A stretch of 64,000 bases of DNA from an uncultured Gemmatimonadales bacterium (GTDB lineage: Bacteria; Gemmatimonadota; Gemmatimonadetes; Gemmatimonadales; GWC2-71-9): assembly GCA_963771275.1 (NCBI GenBank), contig CAVYSW010000003.1, positions 512,001 to 576,000 on the forward strand. Reading direction: 5' to 3'. Positions 38,487-51,084 of this stretch are shown here, one piece after another. The notes beneath the pieces were generated by a model. The model worked only from the letters and a program-made list of their open reading frames with translations, made no database searches and was not told the origin of the DNA. Each line of letters starts with the position of its first letter. The first letter of the stretch is position 1. The translations under genes were made by a program, and so were the position numbers.

Positions 38487-38977
38487 CGGCCGATCACTTT
38501 CATGGACTTCAGCTCCTCGACAGCCTGATCCAGCAACTGCAGACGCTGCTCCGGCGTCCGCTTCAGGGACTCTCGTATCAGCGAGATGTCCTCGCCGTAC
38601 CATTTCGCCAGCGCGATACCCCTTCGCTTGCGCCTCGTCGGCCGGCCGCGAGGCCGCTCGGCGTAGCGCGTCCGAGCAAGCGACAATCGCACGGCCCAGG
38701 TCGAGAGAAACCGCTCGACGTCCACCACGACGCTCACCATTCCCCCCTGCTCCTCCAGGACCCACTGCTTCCCGGCCGGCCAGGCTGCGAGCGCATCGGG
38801 CGCGACCGCGTACGCCTTCCGAAGCAGCATCCCCGTGGCGACGTGAATCTCCCGCGCCAGGCTCAGGCGTTGCGCCAAGGCCTCGGTGTACGCCTGCGGC
38901 AGGCGCAGGGCGCTCATTGCGTTCTGCACCCAGCGCTTGGGCGCGCCGACGGCGACGGCGAACTGGCCCAGAGTCAT
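38483..38977 (-). CDS. Hypothetical putative DNA-binding/antitoxin-like protein
   Basis: N-terminal HTH-like MTLGQFAVAVGAPKRWVQNA; C-terminal GEDISLIRESLKRTPEQRL; coupled to the NTase gene. Confidence 0.65.
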   Translation of the reverse strand: MTLGQFAVAVGAPKRWVQNAMSALRLPQAYTEALAQRLSLAREIHVATGMLLRKAYAVAPDALAAWPAGKQWVLEEQGGMVSVVVDVERFLSTWAVRLSLARTRYAERPRGRPTRRKRRGIALAKWYGEDISLIRESLKRTPEQRLQLLDQAVEELKSMKVIGR

Positions 38978-39061
38978 AAAATAAGTATGATGAGAATATC
39001 TAATTACCGCGAGGGGCGGCTCGTCGTTAGGCCTGCGCAGCCGCGCGTAGGGACAAAGCAA

Positions 39062-39087
39062 CGAGGGCGACCGCTCGATCGCCCTCG
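39062..39087 (-). terminator. Hairpin after ilvE, probable terminator
   Basis: CGAGGGCGA-N8-TCGCCCTCG, followed on the minus strand by TTGCTTTGT. Confidence 0.6.
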
Positions 39088-39101
39088 CCGCCCTGCCGAT
39101 C

Positions 39102-39968
39102 CTACTTGTGGTTCTCTTTCCTCACCAGCTCGCGGAACCGCCGCGTCAGCTCCTTGGTGATCGGACCGGGCGTCCCGCAGCCGATCTTGCGGCCGTCCAG
39201 CCGCACCACGCCGATCACCTCGGCCGCCGTCCCGGTCAGGAACACCTCGTCCGCCGTATAGAGATCGTACCGCGTGAGCGGGTACTCCTCAGCCTGGTAG
39301 CCCGCCGCGCGGGCGAGCTCGATCACGGCATCGCGGGTGACGCCGCGCAGGATACCGGCGTACTCGGGCGGCGTCCGCAACCGCTCGCCCTTCACCTGGA
39401 ACAGGTTCATGCCCGTGGCCTCGGTCACGAACCCACTTGGGTCCATCATCAGCGCCTCGTCCACACCGGCCGCGACACTCTCGGTCTTCGCCATGATGTG
39501 CGCGAGGTAATTGAGCGACTTGATGCGGGGAGACAGGTTCTCCCGGTGGCTGATCGGCGTCGCCGCGGTAATGCAGACGAGCCCCTTCTCGTAGCGGTCC
39601 TTCGGCCAGATCGCGATCTCGTCCACGATGCAGATGACCGACGGCTTCTTGCAGTTCCGCGGGTCGAGGCCGAGATCCCCCACCCCGCGGGTCACGACGA
39701 GCCGGATGTAGCCCTCCTGCAGCCCGCTCTTCGCGGTCGCCTCCTCGACCATCCGGACCATGTCCGGATTGGCAAGGGGAATCTCGAGCGAGATAGCCTG
39801 TGCCGAATCGTACAACCGGTCGATGTGAGCCTGCAGGCGGAACACCTTGCCGCCGTAGACACGGATCCCTTCAAACACGCCGTCGCCGTACAGCAGTCCG
39901 TGGTCGAACACCGACACGGCGGCTTTGTCGCGGTCGTGGTACTGACCGTTGATCCAGATCACAGTCAC
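39102..39968 (-). CDS. ilvE: Branched-chain amino acid aminotransferase
   Basis: DHGLLYGDGVFEG, YIRLVVTRG, IKSLNY (PLP Lys), EATGMNLF, ILRGVTR, EVFLTGTAAE. Confidence 0.95.
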   Translation of the reverse strand: MTVIWINGQYHDRDKAAVSVFDHGLLYGDGVFEGIRVYGGKVFRLQAHIDRLYDSAQAISLEIPLANPDMVRMVEEATAKSGLQEGYIRLVVTRGVGDLGLDPRNCKKPSVICIVDEIAIWPKDRYEKGLVCITAATPISHRENLSPRIKSLNYLAHIMAKTESVAAGVDEALMMDPSGFVTEATGMNLFQVKGERLRTPPEYAGILRGVTRDAVIELARAAGYQAEEYPLTRYDLYTADEVFLTGTAAEVIGVVRLDGRKIGCGTPGPITKELTRRFRELVRKENHK

Positions 39969-40072
39969 GGGTCGCCCTCTGAATGCCGAGGATGAAAGCT
40001 AGCCGGAGGCCCGGAGGACCTCTCAAAACACCCGGGAATCTGCGGCACCGGCACGCCGCGCACAACGGCCGG

Positions 40073-40657
40073 CTACGGCTTGAAGTAGCCGGGCTCCCGC
40101 CCGGGGCTCCACTTGATGTTGCAGCCGATGCTGGCCTTCTGCTGGGCCGGGACTGGTTTTCGCGCCAGCACCGCCGCGACCGCCGCCCGCAAGTCCGCGC
40201 CCGTCACCGGGATCCCGTTCCCGGGACGGCTGTCATCGAGCTGGCCGCGGTACGCCAGCCTGCCGCCGCCGTCGAACAGGTAGAAGTCCGGGGTGCACGC
40301 CGCCCGGAATGCCCTCGCCACGTCCTGCGTCTCATCGAACAGGAACGGGAACGTCCAGCCCTCCTCGCGGGCCAGCGCCTGCATGTGGTCCGGGCCATCA
40401 TCAGGCTGTGCGTCCAGGTCGTTTGCGTTGATGGCGACGACCGCGAGCCCCTTGCCTTGATAGTCCGCCGCAACCCGCCCCAGCTCCGTCTTCACGTGCT
40501 TGACGAAGGGGCAGTGGTTGCAGATGAACATCACCAGCAGCGCCTTGGCGTCGCGGAAGTCAGCCGCGGACACGCGCGTCCCCGACACGGCGTCGGGCAG
40601 CGCGAAGGCGGGCACGGCAGTGCCGAGGGGGAGCATCGTGGATGGAACGGCAACCAT
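40073..40657 (-). CDS. Thioredoxin/AhpC-TSA family protein
   Basis: MFICNHCPFV, AINAND, FLFDETQ, AACTPDF, YRGQLD, SIGCNIKW; AGGAG SD. Confidence 0.92.
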   Translation of the reverse strand: MVAVPSTMLPLGTAVPAFALPDAVSGTRVSAADFRDAKALLVMFICNHCPFVKHVKTELGRVAADYQGKGLAVVAINANDLDAQPDDGPDHMQALAREEGWTFPFLFDETQDVARAFRAACTPDFYLFDGGGRLAYRGQLDDSRPGNGIPVTGADLRAAVAAVLARKPVPAQQKASIGCNIKWSPGREPGYFKP

Positions 40658-40718
40658 GAGTATCTCCTTGCTCCTCGAATATCGGTCTCCGGGGCCGGGG
40701 TGCGGAAGGAGCAAACGC

Positions 40719-40749
40719 GAGGCGGCGTGCCACGACGGCACGCCGCCTC
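40719..40749 (-). terminator. Perfect 13-bp hairpin between ubiE and the thioredoxin gene
   Basis: GAGGCGGCGTGCC-acgac-GGCACGCCGCCTC. Confidence 0.55.
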
Positions 40750-40890
40750 TGTCCCGCTACCGGTGACCTGGGGTGGTACCGGGACTCGCTTCGCTATGCC
40801 ACAACATACCCCCCACTCTGCGGGAGTTCCCATCATTCCACCGCAGCCCCAAGCATTGCAACGCGTGCGCCGGCGGTGAGGCTCTCCGGC

Positions 40891-41649
40891 TCAGGAAGCG
40901 CGGCGTCGGGCCCCGTGCAGGCAGATCCCGCCCCCGAGCTTCTCTGCGCAGCGCTCGACCGCGAAGCCTGCGGACACCAGCGCCGCGCGAAACTCGCCGG
41001 GTGTGAGCCACCGCTCGATCGACCGGGCGATGTACCCGTAGGCCTCGGGCTCACCATGCCACCATTGCCCCACCAGGCGCCCGGCCCGCCGCAGATACCA
41101 GAGGTAAAGCCGCCGCCAGGCCCGCGGCGTCGGCTTGAAGAAGTCGAGGTCGAACAGCCATCCGCCCGGCCGCAGCACTCGCGCCACTTCGCCAAGCGCC
41201 CCGCGGACTTCCGGGGTGTTGCGGAAGCCGTAGCCCACTGTCACGACGTCCACCGACCGCGCCGGGAGGGGAATCGCCATCATGTCGCCGCGAATCAGGT
41301 GGAACGCCGGATGCGCGGAACGGCGGACGGCTGCAATACGCAGCATCTCCCTGCTGGGGTCGAGGCCAAGCCAGGTGCGACCTCCACCCGCGGGCCCATC
41401 GCCCCCATGGACGGCCCTTGCCAGGTCGCCAGTCCCGCAGGCCAGGTCGAGCAGGACACCGTCGTCCGCCAGCGCTACAGCCGCCCACCCAGCGAGCTGC
41501 CGCTTCCAGCCGCGGTCCATCCCGAACGAAAACCACCGGGTAAACCGGTCGTAGCGCGGGGCGATCGTGTCGAACACGGTCGTGACGTAGCGCTGCTTCC
41601 TGGCGGGGTCGCCGAGATGGAGGCCGGGGTCCAGATCACCGAGCGCCAT
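40891..41649 (-). CDS. ubiE: UbiE/MenG family quinone C-methyltransferase
   Basis: V..VFDTIAPRYD, SFGMD..WK, LDLACGTGD, GYGFRN, RVLRPGG, AYGY. Confidence 0.85.
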   Translation of the reverse strand: MALGDLDPGLHLGDPARKQRYVTTVFDTIAPRYDRFTRWFSFGMDRGWKRQLAGWAAVALADDGVLLDLACGTGDLARAVHGGDGPAGGGRTWLGLDPSREMLRIAAVRRSAHPAFHLIRGDMMAIPLPARSVDVVTVGYGFRNTPEVRGALGEVARVLRPGGWLFDLDFFKPTPRAWRRLYLWYLRRAGRLVGQWWHGEPEAYGYIARSIERWLTPGEFRAALVSAGFAVERCAEKLGGGICLHGARRRAS

Positions 41650-41758
41650 GTCCGAAGAATGGCGAGGATGACCGCGCCGCAGGAGTCCCGCGCCAAACCT
41701 TGGAGGACCGGCTAGGTTTCCTGATTGGTCACCACTACCAGAGACAGGTTGCGGCAGC

Positions 41759-45385
<3,627 letters not shown>

Positions 45386-45424
45386 CACCGTCACGCGGAA
45401 TTCCCTGCCCCGCGCGATGCGGCA

Positions 45425-45937
45425 TCAGACGCCGGGCGGCACCTGCCCCATGGGAATGTCCCTGAGCTCGGCGCGCAGCAGCGGGTGGATCCGCAGCAGA
45501 TACCAGCCCATGGCGATCGCGGCCGCGGCGCTCGCCACCGCCAGCTGCACCCAGCCGAGCGCGCCCAACAGCGGCATCGCGAACAGCACCACCGCCACGA
45601 ACAGGTGGAAGCCCACGAAGATGAGCGCCACGAGCACGGCGTACTGGCTCAGTGGGTACCTTTCGCTCTGCGCGACGAGCCACGAAGCCAGGAAGCCGAC
45701 CGCGAGCATGACCAGGGCGTGCACCATGTTGAACGCCAGGACCGGCGGGGGCGTGATCACGAGCTGCGCCGCGTCGCGCAACCCGAAGAACATCGCCGAG
45801 CCGAACAGCGCGGCGGTGTAGAACGGCGATCGGCCGGCAATCAGATTGAGGACGACAAAGAACACGACGATGGTGAAATACCCGATGAGCCCCGCGAACA
45901 GGCCCCCGCGCAGGGTCACAGTCGTCTGCTGGCGCAT
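45425..45937 (-). CDS. Hypothetical membrane protein (about four TM helices)
   Basis: MRQQTTVTLRGGLFAGLIG...PFYTAALFGS; GAGG SD; hydrophobic segments. Confidence 0.7.
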   Translation of the reverse strand: MRQQTTVTLRGGLFAGLIGYFTIVVFFVVLNLIAGRSPFYTAALFGSAMFFGLRDAAQLVITPPPVLAFNMVHALVMLAVGFLASWLVAQSERYPLSQYAVLVALIFVGFHLFVAVVLFAMPLLGALGWVQLAVASAAAAIAMGWYLLRIHPLLRAELRDIPMGQVPPGV

Positions 45938-46030
45938 GGCCACCTCGCATGACCGGTCATCGGCAACGTATTGGCGGCCCGGCGACCCGCCCCGTGAACG
46001 GCGGATGAAGGTTCGTTCACGTCTGCTGGC

Positions 46031-46600
46031 ATGAGCGCGATCTACGCCGCGCTGCGGTTCGGCGTGCTCGCCGCGTTCCTCGCCGCCATGGTCCTCGCGT
46101 TGGGCAGCTGGGCCGTGACGACACGCCGCCTCGCGCCGTTCGGCTTCGCCGCCCGCACCATCCGCACGGTGGCGGACCCGCTGCTCGCTCCGCTGGAGCG
46201 CTTCCTCGTGCGTCGCGGCCGGAATCCGCAGAACGCCCCCGCGTGGCTGGTCGGCCTCGTCACCGCGGGTGGCATCGCGCTCCTCGTGCTCGGCCAGTGG
46301 CTGCTCACGACGCTCGCCGCCGCCGTGACCGCGGCGCACGCCGGGCCCAGGGGCGTCGTCCGGCTCGGGGTCTACCTGGCCGGCCAGCTCGTGCTGCTGG
46401 CCCTCATCGTCCGGGTGGCCGGCTCCTGGTTCGGTGCCGGCCGGTACACCCGCTGGATGCGTCCCGCCTACCTGCTGACCGATTGGATCGTGCGGCCGCT
46501 GCAGCGCTTCGTGCCGCCGCTCGGCGTCGTGGACATCACGCCGCTGGTCGCGTGGTTCCTGCTGCAGCTGGTGTTGGGGCTGGTGCTGAGCCGGCTGTGA
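46031..46600 (+). CDS. yggT: YggT family membrane protein
   Basis: Two YggT-like repeats: DPLLAPLERF; SWF...LTDWIVRPLQRFVPPLGVVDITPLV. Confidence 0.85.
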   Translation: MSAIYAALRFGVLAAFLAAMVLALGSWAVTTRRLAPFGFAARTIRTVADPLLAPLERFLVRRGRNPQNAPAWLVGLVTAGGIALLVLGQWLLTTLAAAVTAAHAGPRGVVRLGVYLAGQLVLLALIVRVAGSWFGAGRYTRWMRPAYLLTDWIVRPLQRFVPPLGVVDITPLVAWFLLQLVLGLVLSRL

Positions 46601-46627
46601 GGACCCGGCGGTGAGGCGGCCGCAGGC

Positions 46628-48379
46628 TCAGGGAACCAGACGGTAGTGCGGCGCGGGGGGGGGCGGAGCGCTGGCGCTCCGGGCGACGATCCGCTTCATC
46701 CGCTCGCTCACGGGGAACACCTCCACCGCGGGCTGCCAGGTGACCGGTGACCCGGTCGCCGCGTCGACGACCTTTCCCTGAGCCAGCGCACGCTCCGCAT
46801 CCGGCAGCGGCATGCCACCCAGAACGTCGTGCAGCGCCTCGAAGCGCGCCCGGGCTTCGGGTTCGAGAAACCGCAGGTGCCGTCGGCCGAGCACCGCCAT
46901 GTGGTACTGGGCGGGGGCGGACACCAGCCCATCGAGTCCGAGACGCTCGATCAGCACGAGGAGCCACGCCACCACGTGGCGCAGCAGGCCGAGGCCGGGA
47001 TGCTCCTGACCCGGCAGGCGCTGCTGCACCGTGGAGAACGGGACGCGCGGGTTCTGGAGCAGCAGCCACTCGACGTACAGGACCTCCGTCCCCGGAACGA
47101 TCCGCTTGTTGCGGCTGACGCGCAGCTCCATGAGCAGCTCGGTGCGCTCGGTGTCGCCGAACAGCCGAATGGTCTCGCCGAGCCCCGACCCGAAGCCGAT
47201 GTCCACCACGGGGTTGCAGAAGCCGCGGCGGCGGACTTCCTCGATGAGCCCGACGTCCTCGAGCGATACCTCGATCGTGTAGCGCGAGAAGGCGCCGAGC
47301 ACGCGCGGGCTGGGCTCCGCACCGGGGACGAGCGCGAACAGGTCCTGCTCGGTGAGACCCCAGTCATCCGGGTCCGCGGTGTGCAGCTCCGCCTGGCGGA
47401 AGCGGCGCAGCACGAGCTCGAAGTCGTCGGGCGGCTCGCCCGCCGTCCCGCAGCCGAGCCAGGAGAGGAACCGCGCCGAGTACCGCCACGCCCCGCGCCC
47501 ATAGCCGCCGGCGAGAACGATGACGAGCGGCACGCGTCCCACCCCGCGCCGGACCTCTTCCACCACGAACCGGTCGCGCGCCAGCATGCCCGCCGGGGTC
47601 ACCCGCCAATCCCCCAACCGGTCGTCCTCAGCGATGTCGGCGCCGGCGACGTACACGACGAACTCCGGTCGATGCGCCGCGATCACCGGTGGCAGGGTCT
47701 CACGCAGCGTGTCGAGCAGCGTCGCGTCCCCGACCCCGGCGCCCAGGGCGACGGCGGTGGACGCGACACCGCCCAGCGGTTCCCAGTCGGTGTTGTGGAT
47801 GCTGAACGTGTGCACGAGGGGGTCGTTCGCGAACACCGCGCGCGTCCCGTTCCCGTCGTGCAGGTCCAGGTCCACCACGAGCACCCGGCCGGCGAACCCG
47901 TAGTGCCGCAGGTGACGGATCGCGATGGCGATGTCGTTGATCAGGCAGAAGCCCATCCCCTGCGTCGGGGTCGCGTGGTGCAGGCCACCGCCCAGATTGA
48001 CCGCCGGCTGCCGGGTGCGTAGCGCGATCCGCGCCGCGCGGATCGTGCCGCCCGTGACGAGGCGCTGCTGATCGAGCGCCCGCTGGCGCTCCGCGTCGGA
48101 CAGCGAGACTCCAACCGCCTGGGACACGACGTCCACGCGGTCGAGTGCGGCGACGTGCTCGCGGGCGTGGACGCGGTAGATCGCGTCGAGGCTCACCGGC
48201 CGCGGGCGGGCCACGGCATAGCGCGGGACGAGTCCTTCCTCCCGCAGAAAGGCCAGGATGCGATCCGCCCGCTCGGGGTCCATCGGGACCGCCGAGATGC
48301 CGAGCCCGTACTCAGGATGATGCACGACCCACAGCCTGGCGGGCCTCAGGAGGCGGAGGGCACGGCGGAGCGAGCGCAC
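46628..48379 (-). CDS. Zn-dependent deacetylase (HDAC/AcuC family) with a ~260-aa C-terminal extra domain
   Basis: NLGGGLHHA, GFC.IND, DLDLHDGNGT, GAD...DDRLG, LAGGY all intact; extra domain contains YVEWLLLQNP..LPGQEHPGLG. Confidence 0.88.
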   Translation of the reverse strand: MRSLRRALRLLRPARLWVVHHPEYGLGISAVPMDPERADRILAFLREEGLVPRYAVARPRPVSLDAIYRVHAREHVAALDRVDVVSQAVGVSLSDAERQRALDQQRLVTGGTIRAARIALRTRQPAVNLGGGLHHATPTQGMGFCLINDIAIAIRHLRHYGFAGRVLVVDLDLHDGNGTRAVFANDPLVHTFSIHNTDWEPLGGVASTAVALGAGVGDATLLDTLRETLPPVIAAHRPEFVVYVAGADIAEDDRLGDWRVTPAGMLARDRFVVEEVRRGVGRVPLVIVLAGGYGRGAWRYSARFLSWLGCGTAGEPPDDFELVLRRFRQAELHTADPDDWGLTEQDLFALVPGAEPSPRVLGAFSRYTIEVSLEDVGLIEEVRRRGFCNPVVDIGFGSGLGETIRLFGDTERTELLMELRVSRNKRIVPGTEVLYVEWLLLQNPRVPFSTVQQRLPGQEHPGLGLLRHVVAWLLVLIERLGLDGLVSAPAQYHMAVLGRRHLRFLEPEARARFEALHDVLGGMPLPDAERALAQGKVVDAATGSPVTWQPAVEVFPVSERMKRIVARSASAPPPPAPHYRLVP

Positions 48380-48437
48380 GCGCGTAAATTACGCTGCCGC
48401 ACCACTGGGGGCGCGGCCGACCGAGGAGTCCGCTCGC

Positions 48438-48773
48438 GTGAGCAAGCGCAAGAGGCGCGACGTGCCGCAGGCGCCGTCATCCGGCACGCCCGATGCGCGT
48501 CCGGCCGTCGTGCTGCTGCTCCACGTCCAGCCGCGCGCCGCGCGCACCGAGGTCGTGGGCCGGCACGGGGACGCGGTCAAGATCCGGCTCCACGCTGCGC
48601 CGGTCGACGGCGCGGCGAACGAGGAGCTGCTGCGCTTCCTCGCCGGACGCCTCGGCGTGGCCCGCTCCGCGCTCCGGCTCGTGGCAGGCGAGTCCGGCCG
48701 GCGCAAGCGGGTCGCCGTGACGGGTGGGCCCCCGGATCCGGAGCGGCTGCTGCTCGCACCGCCCGGGGCCTGA
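48438..48773 (+). CDS. yggU: DUF167 (YggU/UPF0235) protein
   Basis: HVQPRA.R..V.G......K..L.AAPVDG.AN.EL..FLA, GE..R.K. Confidence 0.9.
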   Translation: MSKRKRRDVPQAPSSGTPDARPAVVLLLHVQPRAARTEVVGRHGDAVKIRLHAAPVDGAANEELLRFLAGRLGVARSALRLVAGESGRRKRVAVTGGPPDPERLLLAPPGA

Positions 48774-48789
48774 GGACGTCACCCCAGAC

Positions 48790-49179
48790 TCAGCCCGCCC
48801 GCGTCCAACTCATCAGGGCCAGGGTGTTCCCCTCCGTATCCAGGAAGAACGCCAGCCGCATGACGCGCTCCGCTTCGCGGTGCACGACATGCGGCTTGCT
48901 ACGGAACGTGACTCCCCGCTCCGCCAGCGCGTCGTGGGCCGCGTCGATGTCGGCCACGTCGAAGTAGAGGATCGACGCGGGGTGATCGAACGCCGGCTCG
49001 CTGGGGAGCCCGAGCATCAGCGTCAGATCCCCGCACCGGAAGAAGGCCATGCCGGGCACCTGGAACAGCAACGGCAGCCCCAGCCGATCCCGGTAGAACG
49101 CGGTTGCGCGCTCGAGGTCGCGGGCGTTGACGGCGATCTGGGCGATCCGGCCGAGGCCGGGGAATGCGGGGTGGGGCAC
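48790..49179 (-). CDS. VOC/glyoxalase family protein
   Basis: IAQIAVNARDLERA.AFYRD.LG, LYFDV.DI, FFLDTEGN. Confidence 0.9.
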   Translation of the reverse strand: MPHPAFPGLGRIAQIAVNARDLERATAFYRDRLGLPLLFQVPGMAFFRCGDLTLMLGLPSEPAFDHPASILYFDVADIDAAHDALAERGVTFRSKPHVVHREAERVMRLAFFLDTEGNTLALMSWTRAG

Positions 49180-49217
49180 GGCGACCTCGGGGTTGTGCGG
49201 TGGCGGCGCGATAATTA

Positions 49218-49229
49218 GCTTAGCTAAGC
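49218..49229. promoter_or_regulatory. Putative MarR operator
   Basis: Perfect palindrome GCTTAGCTAAGC in the AT-rich gap between the divergent VOC and MarR genes. Confidence 0.65.
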
Positions 49230-49237
49230 AAAATAGT

Positions 49238-49711
49238 ATGCCGGACCCACCGCCTCGTCAACCCGCCGCCGCGGACGTCGCGACCGCCGATCGCCTGCAC
49301 TCGGCGGCCATCCGACTGCTGCGCCGCCTCCGGCTGGTGGACGGTAGGGTGGGGCTCAGCGCGCCACGCCTCTCCGCGCTGTCGGTCATCGTGTTCCGCG
49401 GCCCGCTGAGCCTGTCGGCGCTCGCGGCCGCGGAACAGGTCCGCCCGCCGACGATCACGCGGCTGGTGCAGGAGCTGGAGCGGGCGGGGCTGGTTGAGCG
49501 TCTGCGCGACGCGACCGACCGGCGCGTGACGCGGATCCGGGCCACCGCCACGGGGAAGCAGCTGCTCGACACCGGCCGCCGGGCACGCGTCGAGCTGCTC
49601 GCACGGGCCGTGGCGCGCCTGCCCCGGGGCGAGCGCACGCTGTTGCGTGACGCGGCCGAAGTGCTGGGCCGGATCGCCGACCCTCAGCGGGATCCGCCGC
49701 CCGGCTCGTGA
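49238..49711 (+). CDS. MarR family transcriptional regulator
   Basis: LS..RLSALS, LA..E.V.PPTITRLV..LE..GLVER..D..DRRV. Confidence 0.92.
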   Translation: MPDPPPRQPAAADVATADRLHSAAIRLLRRLRLVDGRVGLSAPRLSALSVIVFRGPLSLSALAAAEQVRPPTITRLVQELERAGLVERLRDATDRRVTRIRATATGKQLLDTGRRARVELLARAVARLPRGERTLLRDAAEVLGRIADPQRDPPPGS

Positions 49712-50640
49712 GGCCCGGCGGGGTGCCGCGGCTCGTGCTCCCGGCGCGATCGCAGGAAGAACGCCACCACGAGGTCGGACGTCTTCACGTCGCGGCTGGG
49801 GGACCACGCGTGCCGCCCGCCATCCACCGTGTAGAGCGCCACCTCGCTCCCTCGGGCGCACGTCGGCCAGCGTTCCTCGAGCACGGTCGTCCCGTCCGCC
49901 GCGCGATCCGGGAGGCTGGTTACCGCGGCGGCTCCCTCGCAGCCATCGAGGGTGCGCCACAGTCCCGCCGTCGCGCGGGCGCCGAGGGTCGCGCGTGGGC
50001 CCTGCCCCTGCCCTTCGTAGCGGTAGGCGTCGTCGAGCGTCCCCATCATGACGAGGACCGACACGGGTGCGCCCGGACCGCACCGCTCGGCGAGGGGCGC
50101 GGAGATCGGCGCGGCGATGCTGGCCACCGCCGCGATCCGGTCCGGCATCTGGCAGGCGAGCCGGTGCACGAACAGCCCACCCTGCGAGAAGCCCACGGCG
50201 TACACGCGCGCCGGGTCCACGGGGAAGCGACGGCTCAGGCTATCGATCACGACGCGCACGAACCCGGTGTCGTTGATGCCGAGCCGGTCCGCCCGGTTGC
50301 AGTCGCACCCTTCCGCCCAGTTCCCCACGGCGGCGTCGGGGTACACCACCAGAAACCCGTCACGCGCGGCGAGACGGTCGAGGCCCGTCGCCGCGCGGAA
50401 CCCGGCGCCGGACTCTCCCGTGCCGTGAAACGCGAGCACCAGCGGCACGCGTTCCCGCCCTCCGAGTTCGTGCGGGACGAACAGGTCGAACGTCCGGACC
50501 GTGTCGCCGACCATCAGCTCGGCCCGGTGCGCCGTGCCGCCCGCCCGTCCGCCACCACACCCGGCGACCGCGAGCACGAGAAGCGCCGCCCGGCCGATCC
50601 GTTCGAGCGCGTCCCGCAGGGAGCCGCCGCCGACGCTCAC
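49684..50640 (-). CDS. LpqC/PHB-depolymerase-family esterase, probable lipoprotein
   Basis: Lipobox VAGC; PLVLAFHG, VVYPD, DTGF, GFSQG nucleophile, GTLD, GGRH.W. Confidence 0.85.
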   Translation of the reverse strand: MSVGGGSLRDALERIGRAALLVLAVAGCGGGRAGGTAHRAELMVGDTVRTFDLFVPHELGGRERVPLVLAFHGTGESGAGFRAATGLDRLAARDGFLVVYPDAAVGNWAEGCDCNRADRLGINDTGFVRVVIDSLSRRFPVDPARVYAVGFSQGGLFVHRLACQMPDRIAAVASIAAPISAPLAERCGPGAPVSVLVMMGTLDDAYRYEGQGQGPRATLGARATAGLWRTLDGCEGAAAVTSLPDRAADGTTVLEERWPTCARGSEVALYTVDGGRHAWSPSRDVKTSDLVVAFFLRSRREHEPRHPAGPHEPGGGSR

Positions 50641-50969
50641 AAGGTCCGCCGTCGCCCTCCCCCGGCCGGCCGCCACCGCCAGCGCGCGAGCTCGATCCGG
50701 TGGCCGGCGAATACGATCCCCTCCGCCTCGAGCAGGGCGCGTTGCCTCGCCTCGTCCCCCGGCGTCGTCCGCCGACTGATCTCGCCCCGCGCGTTCACGA
50801 CCCGATGCCACGGCACCGCATCGGACTCGAGCGCCGCGAGCGCGTAGCCGACCAGTCGCGCCTGACCGGGGAAACCCGCGAGCGCCGCCACCTGCCCGTA
50901 GGTGGCCACCCGACCCCGCCGAATGCGTCGCACGACGGCGTAGATCCGGGCATGGGCAGCGCCGGTCAC
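50637..50969 (-). CDS. Alkyltransferase-like protein (ATL/YbaZ, MGMT family)
   Basis: GRVATYGQVA, ARLVG, PWHRVV (Trp in place of the catalytic Cys), Q..LL..EG. Confidence 0.9.
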   Translation of the reverse strand: MTGAAHARIYAVVRRIRRGRVATYGQVAALAGFPGQARLVGYALAALESDAVPWHRVVNARGEISRRTTPGDEARQRALLEAEGIVFAGHRIELARWRWRPAGGGRRRTL

Positions 50970-51084
50970 GGTCTCTGGCGGCCGGGATCACCGGGCACCG
51001 GCACGAGCCGCACGAGCGAGTCGGCGCCGCAGGAGCCGGGCCGGGTCGCGAGCGCGGCCACGGGAGCCGCCGGGACGGAACGGG

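Noticed and set aside
50637..50969. Methyltransferase pseudogene because the catalytic Cys is missing
   Set aside because: PWHRV is the normal signature of alkyltransferase-like proteins
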